Assembly: GCA_965287045.1 (NCBI GenBank) | Contig: OZ336890.1 | Coordinates: 20,708,001 to 20,772,000 of the forward strand | Length of the DNA: 64,000 nucleotides | Direction: 5' to 3' | Source of the DNA: Carcharhinus amblyrhynchos | Taxonomy: Eukaryota | Shown: positions 23,489 to 35,530 of the stretch, in pieces | How the letters are laid out: the number at the start of each line of letters is the position of its first letter | How positions within the stretch are numbered: position 1 is the stretch's first letter | The notes under the pieces: model-generated | What the model was told of the DNA's origin: nothing | Seen by the model: only the letters and a program-made list of their open reading frames with translations | The model's database searches: none | Translations under genes and position numbers: made by a program

Positions 23489-24930
23489 GTAAGAAGTCTC
23501 ACAACACCAGGTTAAAGTCCAACAGGTTTATTTGGTAGCAAAATCCACTAGCTTTTGTAGCGCTGCTCCTTTATCAGGTGAGTGGGGTTTCAGTTCACAA
23601 ACAGGGCATATAAAAATACAAATTCAATTTACAAAATAATTGTTGGAATGCAAGTCTTTCAGGGCAATCAAGTCTTAAAGGTACAGACAAGGTGAGTGGA
23701 GAGAGGGTTAAGCACAGTTTAAAGAGATGTGTATTGTCTCCAGCCAGGACAGTTAGTGAGATTTTGCAAGCCCAGGCAAGTCGTGGGGGTTACAGATAGT
23801 GTGGCATGAACCCAAGATCCTGGTTAAGGCTGTGCTCATGTGTGTGGAACTTGGCTATCAGTCTCTGCTCAGCGACTTTGCGTTGCTGTGTGTTGTGAAG
23901 GCCGCCTTGGAGAACGCTTACTGGAAGATCAGAGGCCGAATGCCCGTGACCGCTGAAGTGTTCCCAATAGGAAGACAACACTCTTGTCTGGTGATTGTCG
24001 AGTGGTGTTCATTCATTCGTTGTCGTAGCATTTGCATGGTCTCCCGATGCCTCGGGACATCCTTTCCTGCAGCGTATCAGGTAGACAACGTTGGCCGAGT
24101 TGCAAGAGTATGTACCATATACCTGGTGGATGGTGTTCTCACGTGAGATAATGGCATCCATGTTGATGATCCGTCATGTCTTGCAGAGTTGCTGTGGCAG
24201 GGTTGTGTGGTGTCGTGGTCACTGTTCTCTTGAAGGCTGGATAGTTTACTGCAGACAATGATCTGTTGGAAGTTGTGCAGTTGTTTGAAGGCAAGAAATG
24301 GGGGTATGGGGATGGCCTTGGTGAGATGTTCGACTTCATCGATAGCATATTGAAGGCTCCAGAGAAGATGTCATAGCTTCTCCGCTGCTGGAAAGTACTG
24401 GACAACGAAGAATACTCTGTCCACCATGTCACATGTTTGTCTTCTGAGGAGGTTGGTTCCGTTTTTTTGCTGTGGCGCCTCGGAATTGTCGATCGATGAG
24501 TCGAGTGCCATATCCTGTTCTTATGAGGGCATCTTTCAGCGTCTGGCAGTGTCTGTTGCGATCCTCCTCATCTGAGCAGATCCTGTGTATATGGAGGGCT
24601 TGTCCATAGGGGATGGCTTCTCTCACGTGTTTAGAGTGTGTCGATGGTAGCCATGATATGGAGATGCCGGCGTTGGACTGGGGTAAACACAGTAAGAAGT
24701 TTCACAACACCAGGTTAAATTCCAACAGGTTTACTTGGTAGCAAAAGCCACTAGCTTTTGGAGCACTGCTCCTATATAATCCTGTTTGTGAACAGAAACC
24801 CCATTCACCTGATGAAGGAACAGTGCTCTGAAAGTTAGTGGCTTTTGCTACTAAATAAACCTGTTGGACTTTAACCTGGGGATGAGAGACTTCTTACTAT
24901 GTTTATCCCAGTCCAACACTGGCATCGCCA
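23489..24930 (-). mobile_element. Penelope-like element: 5'-truncated ORF (RT thumb plus GIY-YIG, inactivated), 3' pLTR, upstream direct pLTR and inverted pLTR
   Basis: AIPYGQALHIHRICSDEE; NVVYLIRCRKGC..GET...QRMNEH; EQRLIAKF.T....LN.DLGFM; imperfect TSD ccccattgctgta/ccctattgatgta. Confidence 0.92.
24805..24841 (+). ncRNA. Hammerhead ribozyme motif in the inverted pLTR (partly degenerate)
   Basis: TCAC-CTGATGA-AGGAACAGTGCTCT-GAAAGTTA-GTGG. Confidence 0.55.
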
Positions 24931-25772
24931 CCCTATTGATGTAGACAGGGACATGTTCTCCTTTACACTTTGTGAAATCAATGACAATCACTTTAATTTT
25001 GTTGACACTGAGGGGGAGATTATTGTTGCTGCAACAGTTCACCAGATTCTCTATCTCCTTCCTGTATTCTGTCTCGTCATTGTTTGAGATCCGATCCACC
25101 ATGGAGGTGTCGGCAAACCTGAAAATCGAGTCTGCTGTCTTTAGCTGCGTGGGTTTTTAACTCAATAGAAACAAACTCCTCTTTTGTTTCAAACCCCAAG
25201 AAAGCCAATCAGGCTTGTTTCTTTGCAATCAGTACTTAAATGGTTAAACACAGACATCTTATCCACTCTGAATTCATACAAAGCCCTGATGGGGCGGTAT
25301 GGCAGAGAGATCTTTAGCCCTCCTCATGTGGCTGTAACAGGCAACATGTACTTTTAAATGTAATGATCAGTTAGCACCAGAATCCATATTGTAAACTTTG
25401 GTTGCTGTGCTGCATTAGGTGTACACATTACAGGTGCAATCTGCACTTATTAAAGGATAGATATAAACTGCCTCTGTCTGAGTGTGACCCAGCCACTGCG
25501 GAGATACTTGGTGTAAAGCAGCTGGCAGAGGGGCAGATGCTGTTCTCTGCGCTCCGCCCAATCTTTTCACTGACTTCACTGGAACGGTGAATCAGACAGG
25601 TGTATGGTCTGCTGGTGGAGTGAATAATGGTTTGCTGGTACTCTACCATCTGTCTGGCACCCCATTGAAGTGGAATATCAACCTCCCACCCCGCCCCACC
25701 TCCCTCCTCAAGCACCATGTGAAAAATGCAGAGTAAAGTTTATTGTTGTGATGAAAGCTTTAAACATGATGA

Positions 25773-26140
25773 GGGGAGGTGATGGCCTAGTGGTATTATT
25801 GCTGGACTATTAATCCAGAAACCCAGCTAATGTTCTGGGGACCCAGGTTTGAATTCCGCCATGGCAGATAGCAGAATTTGAATTCAAGAAAAAGTATCTG
25901 GAATTAAGAATCTGGAATGATAACCATGAAATCGTTGTTAATTGTCGGAAAAACCCATCTGGTTCACTGATGTCCTTCAGGGAAGGAAGTCTGCCGTCCT
26001 TACCCGGTCTGGCCTACATGTGACTCCAGAGCCAGAGCAATGTGGTTGACTCTCAACTGCCTTCTGAGGGCAATTAGGGATGGGCAATAAATGCTGGCCA
26101 GCCAGCAATGCTCAAGTTTCACCAATGACTTAAAAAAATG
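25773..26140 (+). mobile_element. tRNA-derived SINE, family B (LINE-derived tail)
   Basis: A box ggcctagtgg, B box ggtttgaattcc; tail gggcaattagggatgggcaataaatgctggcc. Confidence 0.88.
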
Positions 26141-26236
26141 ATGAATGGTATAGTTTAACAGCAAGATCGACATCTGGAATTGTACAATGCAAATACAGCA
26201 GTGCCATTGGCAGAAATCAGCAGTCCTGAGAGGTCC

Positions 26237-26633
26237 AGAGAATCCTACAGTGCAGAAGGAAGCCATTTGGCCCATTGAGTCTGTACCGACTCCCCGACAG
26301 AGCATCTTAATCAGGTCCAACCCCTGCCTTATCCCTGCAGCTCCACACATTTACCCCGCTAATCCCCTTACCTACACATCATGGGCCACCAAGGGGCAAT
26401 TTAGCACAGCCAATCCACATAATCTGCACATCTTTAGACAAAATGGAACAATTTATCATGCCAATTCAACTAACCTGCACATCTTTGCGCAGTGGGAGGA
26501 AACCAGAGCAACTGGAGGAAACCCATGCAGACACAGGGAGAACATACAAGCTCTACTTAGACAGCCACCCAAGGCTGGAATTGAATCTGGGTCTTTGGCA
26601 TTGCTGTGCTAAACACTGTGCCACTGTGCCGCC
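26237..26633 (-). mobile_element. HE1 V-SINE with internal duplication
   Basis: gccaat..ac.taa.ctgcacatcttt segment occurs twice. Confidence 0.85.
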
Positions 26634-27559
26634 CAAGGGGAGGATTTTGGTGATGAAAGGAGATCAGCATGAATAGGCACAACCTATGTTCCTTATTGTT
26701 TTTGGCTGAGGTTAAGTCTAACCCCTCTCCCTCTTTCTAATCTTGGAACAGCTCTAATGTCCTGTCCTGTTAGTGATACATGGTTACACCTCTGTTAATA
26801 GATCCCAGTAGGTGGCACCAGAATTACGAGGTCAGATCTTGTGTGTGCCAAAATTCCTTTTCGTTACTCATTTTTTTGTGACAGTGAAGTGGGCATGAAC
26901 AAAACCAACTCTCTGATAGGAGATTACTTTGTGTTCACTTACTTCTGCTTAAATGCAGAGAGAAAGTACTTTCTGCTGAGAATTTCACGTCAGACAGAAG
27001 TTGGGAATTCTTTCCTGAAGAAAAATAGAACTGAACTGATTCCAGGAACAAGTACAAAAGGAACAAAAAGGAACACAGTAGAGAGGATGTGAGGATTAAT
27101 AAGAATGAAGGTTCATCAGTGAATCACAGAAAAAATATTAGACCCATTTATAAATTTATAATTTATTAATTTCTCTTTTTAAATTCTAAACAAACTTATT
27201 CAGGTCACATCATAAAGATGGAGCTGAAATTCTGAGGCGACTTGTCAGTAAATCTACTTGCTGAAGGCAGATATTCAAAAGTTGACCGTTTAAAATGGGG
27301 TAAAAACTGAATACAGATAGCGCAGACATGAATGGTTAAAAACTACAATACTCTCCCCATGGCACTGGAGCATGATAAACTGCCAAGCAATTTTTAACCG
27401 TTTCCCCATACACATAAATCTCATTGTGCTAACCTCAATCTGAGTGCTGTTTTACCACACTATCAGCTTGAGTCAGGTAGCTGCAGAGTATAAGGCACAG
27501 CTGGCAAATGAACTGATGTGAGCCTTTTTCACAACTCACCATACTCGGAGGTGAACCTT

Positions 27560-27775
27560 GAGCCGAAGTGTGATGTCTCCTGGAGGAATGTCACATTGCT
27601 TCTCTTCAGGTAGAGGGATAGGAACAGGCTTCCAGCAGAACCAAACAAATGAAAGCAACAAACTGTGGGCTAAATTAAAAATGCGGGGCCTTGAAGAGAC
27701 ACTGTGTCAACGTAAACAGAATCTCAAAAAGAAAGTTCAAACGTCAAAGCCAAATGTGATTAAAGGGGTCAATAA
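27560..27775 (+). pseudogene. Decayed Myb/SANT-like DNA-binding domain remnant (Harbinger-type), tentative
   Basis: NKLWAKLKMRG.EETLCQRKQNLKKK resembles W...l...G..rT..QC..K..NLKK.Y. Confidence 0.35.
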
Positions 27776-28559
27776 TGCACTCCAATCCCCATGATGCCCA
27801 CTGGGTTTGGAAGGCCTCGATGGTGCCAGCTGCAGAAGGACAGACAGTTGGGATGGACGATTCCTTCAGCTTAACTAGGAGCAGGAACAGACCCACGAGG
27901 AGTTCCTCCTCCCTCCCTGCGAGCACCACCCCCCCCTACCCCTTACCATCCCCCCAACCTCCTCCGAATGCCCAAAGATATCCGGAGCTTGGGATTAAAG
28001 TGCAACCAAAAATAAAACAACAGATTTCTCAGAAAACTAGTGCAGCTTAGGACACTTTACACCTGCGTGGTCTACGGGTGCCACAAGGCTGCGAAAGATG
28101 CATGCATCTTCAGTGAACCAATGGAACCTGTGGCTATATGGGACTTGCCTCTCCTCAATGTGCGCAGGAGTCAAACTAGGACATGGCGCAGGGTTTTACC
28201 GCCCGCACCACTGGTGGTGGCTGTGGTGGGCCTTTTAAACTGCCATTTAAATTGGTGGGACCATAATATCCCACCAGACCACAAATCTCTGGCCATGGTT
28301 TTGGAAATGTTCTGCTTCCATACCCTTGCACAGCTGAGACCACTTCATATTAAATGGAAGGTTTCAGTCGAACTGCAGCATTCATTTCTGCCTACTTTGT
28401 AATGTAGAAATATCACATCTTTAACTAATTGCCATTAGTATCCTTCAGTCTGCTGCTTCTGAGGTGACCCTGTGCTATTGCTACAACTGAAACTCCTGCA
28501 ATGGATGCTGTGGATGCAGGACTGACCTGTAAACATCACCGTACAAAAGGCTTTGCATT

Positions 28560-28925
28560 TTTGCCCTAGTTTTACAAACCAGTGCCAATATTTAATCCTT
28601 GACTGGCTTGCAGACTTATCAGATAGATTTGTTCATTGAGCTTTCACTGGTCGAGCAAGCTTGAGATTGGCAAAATAAATCAGGTCATTTCGAATTATTT
28701 TTACTTTCCTAATATCAAATCGAGAAGTTAATACAAATCAAACGTCACAAATATTTTAGAAATGCCAGATAAAAGAACACATTTATATGCTGTAATTTAT
28801 GTTCGATCATCCGTGTTAAAATTCAGAATGATGAGGTTCTTTGATTAACATTTGTCACAAGTTACTGAGCTTCTTTTGCACTTACCAGCTATGAGCTACA
28901 ATCAGCCATTAACAAATAAGAACCA
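28560..28925. promoter_or_regulatory. Candidate conserved non-coding element
   Basis: AT-rich, repeat-free, retained CpGs, GATA/NFI/Fox-like sites; conservation untested. Confidence 0.3.
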
Positions 28926-29699
28926 ATGCTGAAATAAAAACAGAAACTGCTGGAGATACTCAACAAGTCAGGCAGCATCCGCAGATCAAGAAACTGAGTT
29001 GACAGTCAGAACCTTCCATTCCTTGAGTCTAAGTTCAATGGCGGGTGTGGTAGTGGGAGTAGGAATGAGCGGGATAGATGTCTATGCTCAATCTTATGCT
29101 TATCACCTCATTGAATGTCTGTCTGTAAGGAGCTTGCTGATTCCCAAGGTGAGGGCAAGCAGGAAGTTTCTGTTCTTGCTGTTACTCTTGGGGTTGAAGG
29201 TTCGGATGCCACATTTAAAGGGCATTCGGACAACCTGCACTATCCCTTTCACCTTCATTGACCTCCTTTCCCTGCTAATCTTTCCTCCCTTCATCATCCA
29301 CCACACAATTTGTACTCCCACCACTCAGTCTCAATAGGCTGACGTTTACAGATGCTGCCTAAAGAGGACAATGCAGTGGAAACTCAGCATGAATCAAGGA
29401 AGATGTCTACTTCACCAGGTTCACGTCACTTGTGTGCAGTCAATAAAGTGAATGCTCTCATTTTTTTGCTGGCAGGAGAAACCTAATTCTGGCAAGGAGG
29501 CCATTTAGTGAGCATGTGTGGCTTGTTAATGCATTGCTCCCAACATTGTTCACCAGGAAGCTCGACTTGCCTTTAACCCGCCTTTAAAGACCTGAGAACT
29601 TAAGTTCATCTTGCCATCGGGAAACTGACTATTAGCCTCATGGGAAATTAAGATCCCCCGCTGCCCACTGAGCTCCCTGCTGCTAGCATGTCTGGAAGA

Positions 29700-29960
29700 T
29701 TCCACTCAATGTTTCAGATCTGTGAACCTTCATCAGAGCTGGAGCAAGTTTTCGAGAAGTGAAAGGTTTTTGAGCAAGGGGTGGACCGAAAGACAGAAGA
29801 ATCCTAAGGGAATGGTGACAGGGCAAGAGAAGAAAGAGACGAAAGATGTGCCTAGGGCAAGTGTACAGCTGACCAAAAGAACCATTCTTTTAGTCGATGA
29901 CAATAAGAGGGTAGGTGAAGAGGTGAAAAGCATAAGCAATGCAAATGATCTGGAATCTGG
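29700..29960 (-). mobile_element. Second PLE-type terminal repeat with degenerate hammerhead core
   Basis: Reverse complement reads ctCTGATGAaggttcacagatctGAAAcatt; related pieces at 28930-29015, 38125-38222, 39629-39700. Confidence 0.55.
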
Positions 29961-30158
29961 GGGTCTGCCAACAAGTGAGTCTTTGGAGACAGAGAGGAGG
30001 CTGCATGCAGTCAGATCCTCGCCCTCTTTAGGGACACCATGTTGCCACCTTCCCCCATGGCAGCTCTGGGAAGCAGCAGTCAGACTGGAAGGGGGACAGG
30101 AGGTCTCAGAGCCGGCACCCGTCCTTCACCAGCTGCAGAGTGTGGCAGTGAAGAGAGC

Positions 30159-30285
30159 CATGAGGTGGAGATGTCGGCATTGGACTGGGGTAAGCGCAGT
30201 GAGAATCTCACAACACCAGGTTAAAGTCCAACAGGTTTATTTGGAATCATGAGCTTTCGGAGCGCTGCTCCTTCATCAGGTGAGA
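30159..30285 (-). mobile_element. Solo Penelope pLTR with 9-bp TSD
   Basis: GAAGAGAGC at 30150-30158 and 30286-30294. Confidence 0.9.
30247..30283 (-). ncRNA. Minimal type-I hammerhead ribozyme (best-preserved copy)
   Basis: Minus strand TCAC-CTGATGA-A-GGAGC-AGC-GCTCC-GAA-AGCT-C-ATGA; perfect 5-bp stem II; predicted CUC cleavage triplet. Confidence 0.75.
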
Positions 30286-30538
30286 GAAGAGAGCTGCAGC
30301 ATTCCTGGTGGAAAATTGGGATCGGGATGGCAAGGTCATTGTGAATGACAGGAGGAAAATACTCCCTGTGCCTGGCTCCCCGTAATTCCAGTAACATTCC
30401 CGTGATGAGCATTCTGATTGCAAACAAAAACCATTTACATGGGACATGTTTCGAGGAGAATTTTAACATTCACTTCACTTGATTCCTGGTCATAGACAAA
30501 CATGGAGGGCTAAGATCCCAGGGAGGAGCAGTGAGACC

Positions 30539-30610
30539 ACATAGACTGTAACATGGATTGTAACCGCATAAACTGTAACATGGACTGTAACCGTATGGAC
30601 TATAACATGG
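30539..30610. repeat. Minisatellite of about 27 bp (cata.actgtaacatggactgtaaccg)
   Basis: Visible alternating 12/15-bp subunits. Confidence 0.8.
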
Positions 30611-31319
30611 GGAAGGTCCAGCAGAGAACAATGCAATGATAGGTGATAAATGTGACCTTGTCAGCCCGCACCCACCCCCACAGACCCACCCCACCACATC
30701 TAGCGAGCACCTAATTTAAAACAAGATCATAAAAAGCCTGAATTTCAGTTGTTTGTGGTTGGAAATCTGACAAGGAGAACTTGAAAAAAAAGTGACAGCA
30801 CATTGGTCTGTGCAGTTAGTGTTAAATTGATCCTCTTGCTACAGGATTTCCTGTTTGGAAATCTAAAGTACTCCCCCAGTAGCTCAGCAAGTTTACTAAG
30901 TGAGTGGCTGAGTTACACAGAGCGGGGCGTTTTCCAATCCAGTTCTTGGATTTGTGCTTTCGCTAGCTGACCCAGCAATGTGTGTGGGGGGGTGGTGGGG
31001 GTGTGTGTGTTTGGGGGTGGTGATGGTGGTGGTGGTGGTTGGTGGGGGAGGGGAGAGGTGGTGGGGGGCAGTGTCTGACCTCCTGTGTCCCATTGGGATA
31101 GGAAAACAGTCAGCATTTTGACTCTTGGTGAAGTGCAGCTGCACAGAACTGCACAATGTGTGACCAACCGTCACGTGTTTAAGAACTGAAGAAGTAGAAG
31201 CCATTCAGCCCCTCAAGTCTGCTCTGCCACAGTTAATTGGAAGATGGCTGATCTCCTGATGGCCATTTCCTGCCTACCCTCCATAATCTTTGACTCCACT
31301 GTAGATCGAAAATCTGTTG

Positions 31320-32900
31320 AACTCACCCTAACATCACACCGATGCCATTTACAACAGCTCTACATAACCATGAACGTGATGCCTTCACCTCTGGGGGGGG
31401 TTATGGAGGTGAGCTTTCAGGCAGCCAGAAGTCTGAGGTGTGAACTGGTCAGGGGATGTTGGAGAGGACTCGGAAGACGCAGATAGGTGTAACTCGGGGT
31501 TGGGGATGAGGAGCCGTTTCGGGGAGAGGGGTAGGGAGGGGGTCACTTCTCTACCCTTCTTGTCAGGGCACCCCTTGCTTTAAAGGGGTTGCGAAGGCTG
31601 GTATGCAGACAATGCTTCCTGTGTCCTCCTTCCTGGGTTCCTGTCCATATTGAAGCTGAGAGGGGGCCTTTCCTGAGTGGGGCCTGGAAAGAGGGTGGGA
31701 GGGAGCTAGCACTGTCATTCTCACACTCCACAGGGATGAGACGCCTGGTGAGTGTGGTGGTACACCCCAGTCTGGTGGCATGAACAGACAGGGTGGAGGC
31801 TCTGTGAAAGTGAAATTTATTGTCAAACATTCGAAACAAAATGGTAATCTGTTGACACTATCTACACCCTTGCCCACTAAGTGACTTTGGTTTCGTAATC
31901 TTCCTGACACTCCCATTAGGTCTACGTATATCCCCAGGACTCTCAGCTGAGGCTAAGGCAGCCTGTTGACTTCCGTATCCTTCTGCCTGAGATGGGTTGA
32001 AAGGTGTCCCTTGGGGGGCTGGGACCTAGAAATCCCAAGCTTGCTTTTGGGCAGCACGGACGTTTGGCCACTTCCCTCCTCGGTGTCTGCGCCTGGAGGT
32101 GTGTTGCTCACAGGGAGGAGGTGTCAGATGGGTTGGAGACGTGCAGGGTCCCCTGGCTGGAGGGCCCCGGGCTGTACTGCTGCTGATCTTCTTTCCTTTG
32201 GGTTCCTAGGGGCTCCTTGTGTTCCTCCATGCGATGGAGGGACAGCTGGAGTGAGGTCCAAAAGCACCGCTGTCCTCTGGCACCGACACTCATGGATTTC
32301 CGTCAACGCTTGCACCGTGCGGTTGAACTCCTGCATCATGGAGCGGACATCACAAGGTCTCCACTGTGAATGCAACCCTGCAGTGTTGGCCTCAGTGCAC
32401 TGCAGTGATGGCACTATCTCCATGAACAGAAAGCAATGGGGCTCCTCCAGTCAGCCTTGCACTCTGAGGAGGACTGTATCATCCCTTCCTGATACTCGCG
32501 ACTTTGCCTTTGCAGCTCCAGCAGCTGTGGAATGACTATGCCCAAGGACACATCATTGGCAAGGGGCTCAGCAGAGTCCGGGACTCCGGCATCTCTCCGA
32601 GTGCCAGTTCCCTGGGATGTCACTGCCTCCGCCTGCCGTGGATCTTCAGCTGTGAGGTTCTCAGCATTGAGTGATCCAGAATCCTGAATGTATGGTTTAC
32701 ATGCCATTAACGAGCCCCGGATGCTATCGTCTGGATTCACTTACCTTAACCACCTCACCGGCTGAGGTTTTCCCTGGTGAGAATCAGACACAGCCTCTAC
32801 CAATGGAGACCAGACATGATGGCTTCACTGGGGGGGAGGGAATCAGAGGCCATTGAAACCCGCAGGGTGGTCGGGGCAGGGCTGGGAGCGCCAGCGCAAA
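31320..32900 (-). mobile_element. PIF/Harbinger transposon internal fragment (C-terminal part of the non-transposase ORF plus 3' region)
   Basis: Frameshifted minus ORFs 32740-31880: ...SAEPLANDVSLGIVIPQLLELQRQSREYQEG... ending QQAALASAESPGDIRRPNGSVRKITKPKSL*; GC-rich; family assignment from recall. Confidence 0.55.
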
Positions 32901-33071
32901 AAAACTCTTTTTTTAACAAAACTGAAGATGTTAAAGTGTTCTTTTATTTCTCATTATATTTTGTCTTCTAAAACCCCTCTCCTACTCCCGCCCCAACCAA
33001 TATGAACCACCCTTCCTCAGAGACATTTCTCTCCATCATGTTTCCTCCTTTCACTCATATTTTCACCATCT

Positions 33072-33416
33072 GGGGAGGTGATGGTCTAGTGGTATTACCA
33101 CTAGATTATTATTCCAGAAACCCAGCTAATGTTCTGTGGCCTGGGTTCGAATCCTCCCACGGCAGATGGTGGAATTTGAATTGAATAATAAATATCTGGA
33201 ATTAAGAATCAACAAATGACCATGAAACCATTGTCGATGGTCGGAAAAACCCATCTGGTTCACTGGTGTCGTTTAGGGAAGGAAATCTATCGTCCTTACC
33301 TGGTCTGGCCTACATGTGACTCCAGACACAGCAATGTGGTTGACTTTCAATTGCCCTCTAAGGGCAACTAGTGAGGGACAAGAAATGCTGGCCAGCCAGC
33401 GAATGAATAAAAAAAA
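33072..33416 (+). mobile_element. tRNA-derived SINE, family B
   Basis: ggaggtgatggtctagtgg...ggttcgaatcc...gaatgaataaaaaaaa. Confidence 0.9.
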
Positions 33417-33847
33417 TCTCTGCAATTATTCCTCATGAGAGAGGCACTGGCTACAGAGCACAAGGATATATATTGCTCTGGATCACCTTCATCCAGTGAC
33501 TTAACTGGCATAGACGAAAAGAGAGGAAAACTATCCGTGTTGTGAAAGAAAGTTCCGAAACTCAGACCAAACCTGTCAGCATTTGTAAATGGAAAGTTAG
33601 ATTAACAGGCAAGGTTTCACTAGCTATTTGGAGGAAAGCAAATTTGGAGAAAATGTAGCAAAGTGAGGTTAAAAGTTAAGGAATTGATCTTCAATTAGGA
33701 AACTCAGCTTTAAGGGCTTAAAAATGGGTTTGGTAAACCGCCACTCTGATAGGCCTGTTGCTAGATGGTTAAGTGCCTCCCTATAAGCCTGTTTTTCATG
33801 TAAACCAGGCCCAGAGTTAAGACACTGATTGCAATTGCAACCCATGA

Positions 33848-34137
33848 CCACTTCCATCTAGAAGGACAAGGGCAGCAGGTACATAGGAACACCACCACCT
33901 GCAAATTCCCCTCCAAGCCACTCACCATCGCGATTTGGAAATATATCACTTTTCCTTCACAGTCACTGGGTCAAAATCCTGGAAGTCACTCCCTAATGGC
34001 ATTGTGGGTCAACCCACAGCACGTGGACTGCAGCGATTCAAGAAGGCAGCTCACCACCACCTTCTCAAGGGCAACTAGGGATGGACAATAAATGCTGTCC
34101 AGCCAGCGATGCCCATGTCCCACAAATGAATAAAAAA
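33848..34137 (+). mobile_element. LINE (CR1/L2 group) 3' end sharing its tail with family-B SINEs
   Basis: Reads PLPSRRTRAAG...SFTVTGSKSW.SLPNGIVG...LQRFKKAAHHHLLKGN*, then aagggcaactagggatgg.caataaatgctg.ccagccagcga. Confidence 0.85.
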
Positions 34138-34292
34138 CATATTTTAAGGAATCCATGGGCGGAGCATTCAATACACCTGCTCTGCCCCTCTGTACTGGCA
34201 ATCTAATTAGGAAAAGGGCTGAAACCTTTCCTACTGTTTTCTGTTATATATAGCTAGAAGGAGGAGATCTTGTCAGCCACCATCAGCCCAAC

Positions 34293-34515
34293 TGTGATGT
34301 ATGCATTGTAATGTATGTAGGGGTTTGGGGTGCATACTGCCCCTTTAAGAGTGCGGGTCGGGTGATCCCTGGGGGATTAGTTCCTCCCAGTGTGGGACCC
34401 AGTAGTGCAGTCTTAGACCTGACTGTGGAACACTTCAAGAGCTCCCAGTGTTCAAGTTACCAAACTTACCTTGTGGATCTTTATGCATCCTAAGTCAATA
34501 GATGGATACATAATA
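34293..34515 (+). mobile_element. Short solo LTR (Gypsy-like)
   Basis: TGTGATG start, ...cataata end, near-TSD ccaac/cctac. Confidence 0.55.
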
Positions 34516-34520
34516 CCTAC

Positions 34521-35012
34521 AAGGATGTGGAAGCATTGGAGAGAGTGCAGAGGAGATTTACCAGGATGCTGCCTGGTTTGGAGGGTAGGTCTTATGAGGA
34601 AAGGCTGAGGGAGCTGGGGCTTTTCTCTTTAGAGTGGAGGAGGATGAGAGGCGGCTTAATCGAGGTTTATAAGATGATGAGGAGGATAGATAGAATGGAC
34701 GTTCAGAGGCTATTTCCTCGGGTGGATGTAGCTGTTACTTGGGGGCATAACTATAAGGTTCAAGGTGGAAGATACAGGAGGGATGTCCGAGGTAGGCTCT
34801 TTACTCAGAGAGTGGTTGGGGTATGGAATGCACTGCCTGCTGTGATAGTGGAGTCGGACACTTTAGGAACTTTCAAGCGGTTATTAGATAGGCACGTGGA
34901 GCACACCAGAATGATAGGGAGTGGGATAGCTTGATCTTGGTTTTGAATAAAAGCTCGGCACAGCATCGAGGGCTGAGGGGCCTGTACTGTGCTGTACTGT
35001 TCTATGTTCTAT
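34521..35012 (+). mobile_element. CR1 LINE 3' fragment with open ORF2 C-terminus (34527-34934)
   Basis: ALERVQRRFTRMLPGL..SYEERL..LGLFSLE..R.RG.LIEVYK...FTQRVVGVWNALP; ttctatgttctat tail. Confidence 0.95.
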
Positions 35013-35220
35013 AACCTTCCTGTTTGCCCCTCAAGGACCAAGCGGCAAGCCTTTGCCAACATTCCTCACGCTGATGGCCAGTGAGCTGCATCAGGACCCC
35101 AGACTGGCACCTGCAGCTTGCCTGTCACACTTTAAAATGAGGCGAACAACCTCAAAATCCAAGTATCCCCTTCACTGCTGGTACACTCCAGCAAAAAGTC
35201 AAAATTGACCTCCAAGATTC

Positions 35221-35520
35221 ATGGTGGTGCAGTGGTTCGCACTGCTGCCTCACAGCACCAGGGACCCAGGTTCAATTCCTGGCTTGGATCACCGTCTGTG
35301 TGGAGTTTGCACATCCTCTCTGTGTCTGTGTGAGTTTCCTCCGGGTGCTTGGATTTCCTGCCACAGTCTGAAAGACATGCTGGTTAGGTGCATTGGTCAT
35401 GCTAAAGCCTCCCTCACTGTACCTCAATGGCCACCTGGGTATGGTGACTAGTGGACTTTCACAGTAACTTCATTGCAGTGGTAGTGTAAGCGTACTTGCG
35501 GCACTAATAAATAAACTTTA
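35221..35520 (+). mobile_element. V-SINE with alternative tail
   Basis: cagtaacttcattgcagtg...ctaataaataaacttta. Confidence 0.85.
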
Positions 35521-35530
35521 AGCTTCAGGC

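Larger units (their letters stand above)
22822..25132 (-). mobile_element. Rex1/Babar LINE split by a Penelope element
   Basis: 3' part 22822-23490; continues at 24931-25132 (VDRISNNDETEYRKEIENLVN.CS.NNL.L.VNK). Confidence 0.88.

Noticed and set aside
29722-30252. 176-aa ORF
   Set aside because: Chimeric reading across two repeats and a PLE pLTR
31966-32535. 189-aa plus-strand ORF
   Set aside because: Antisense shadow of the GC-rich transposon ORF on the minus strand
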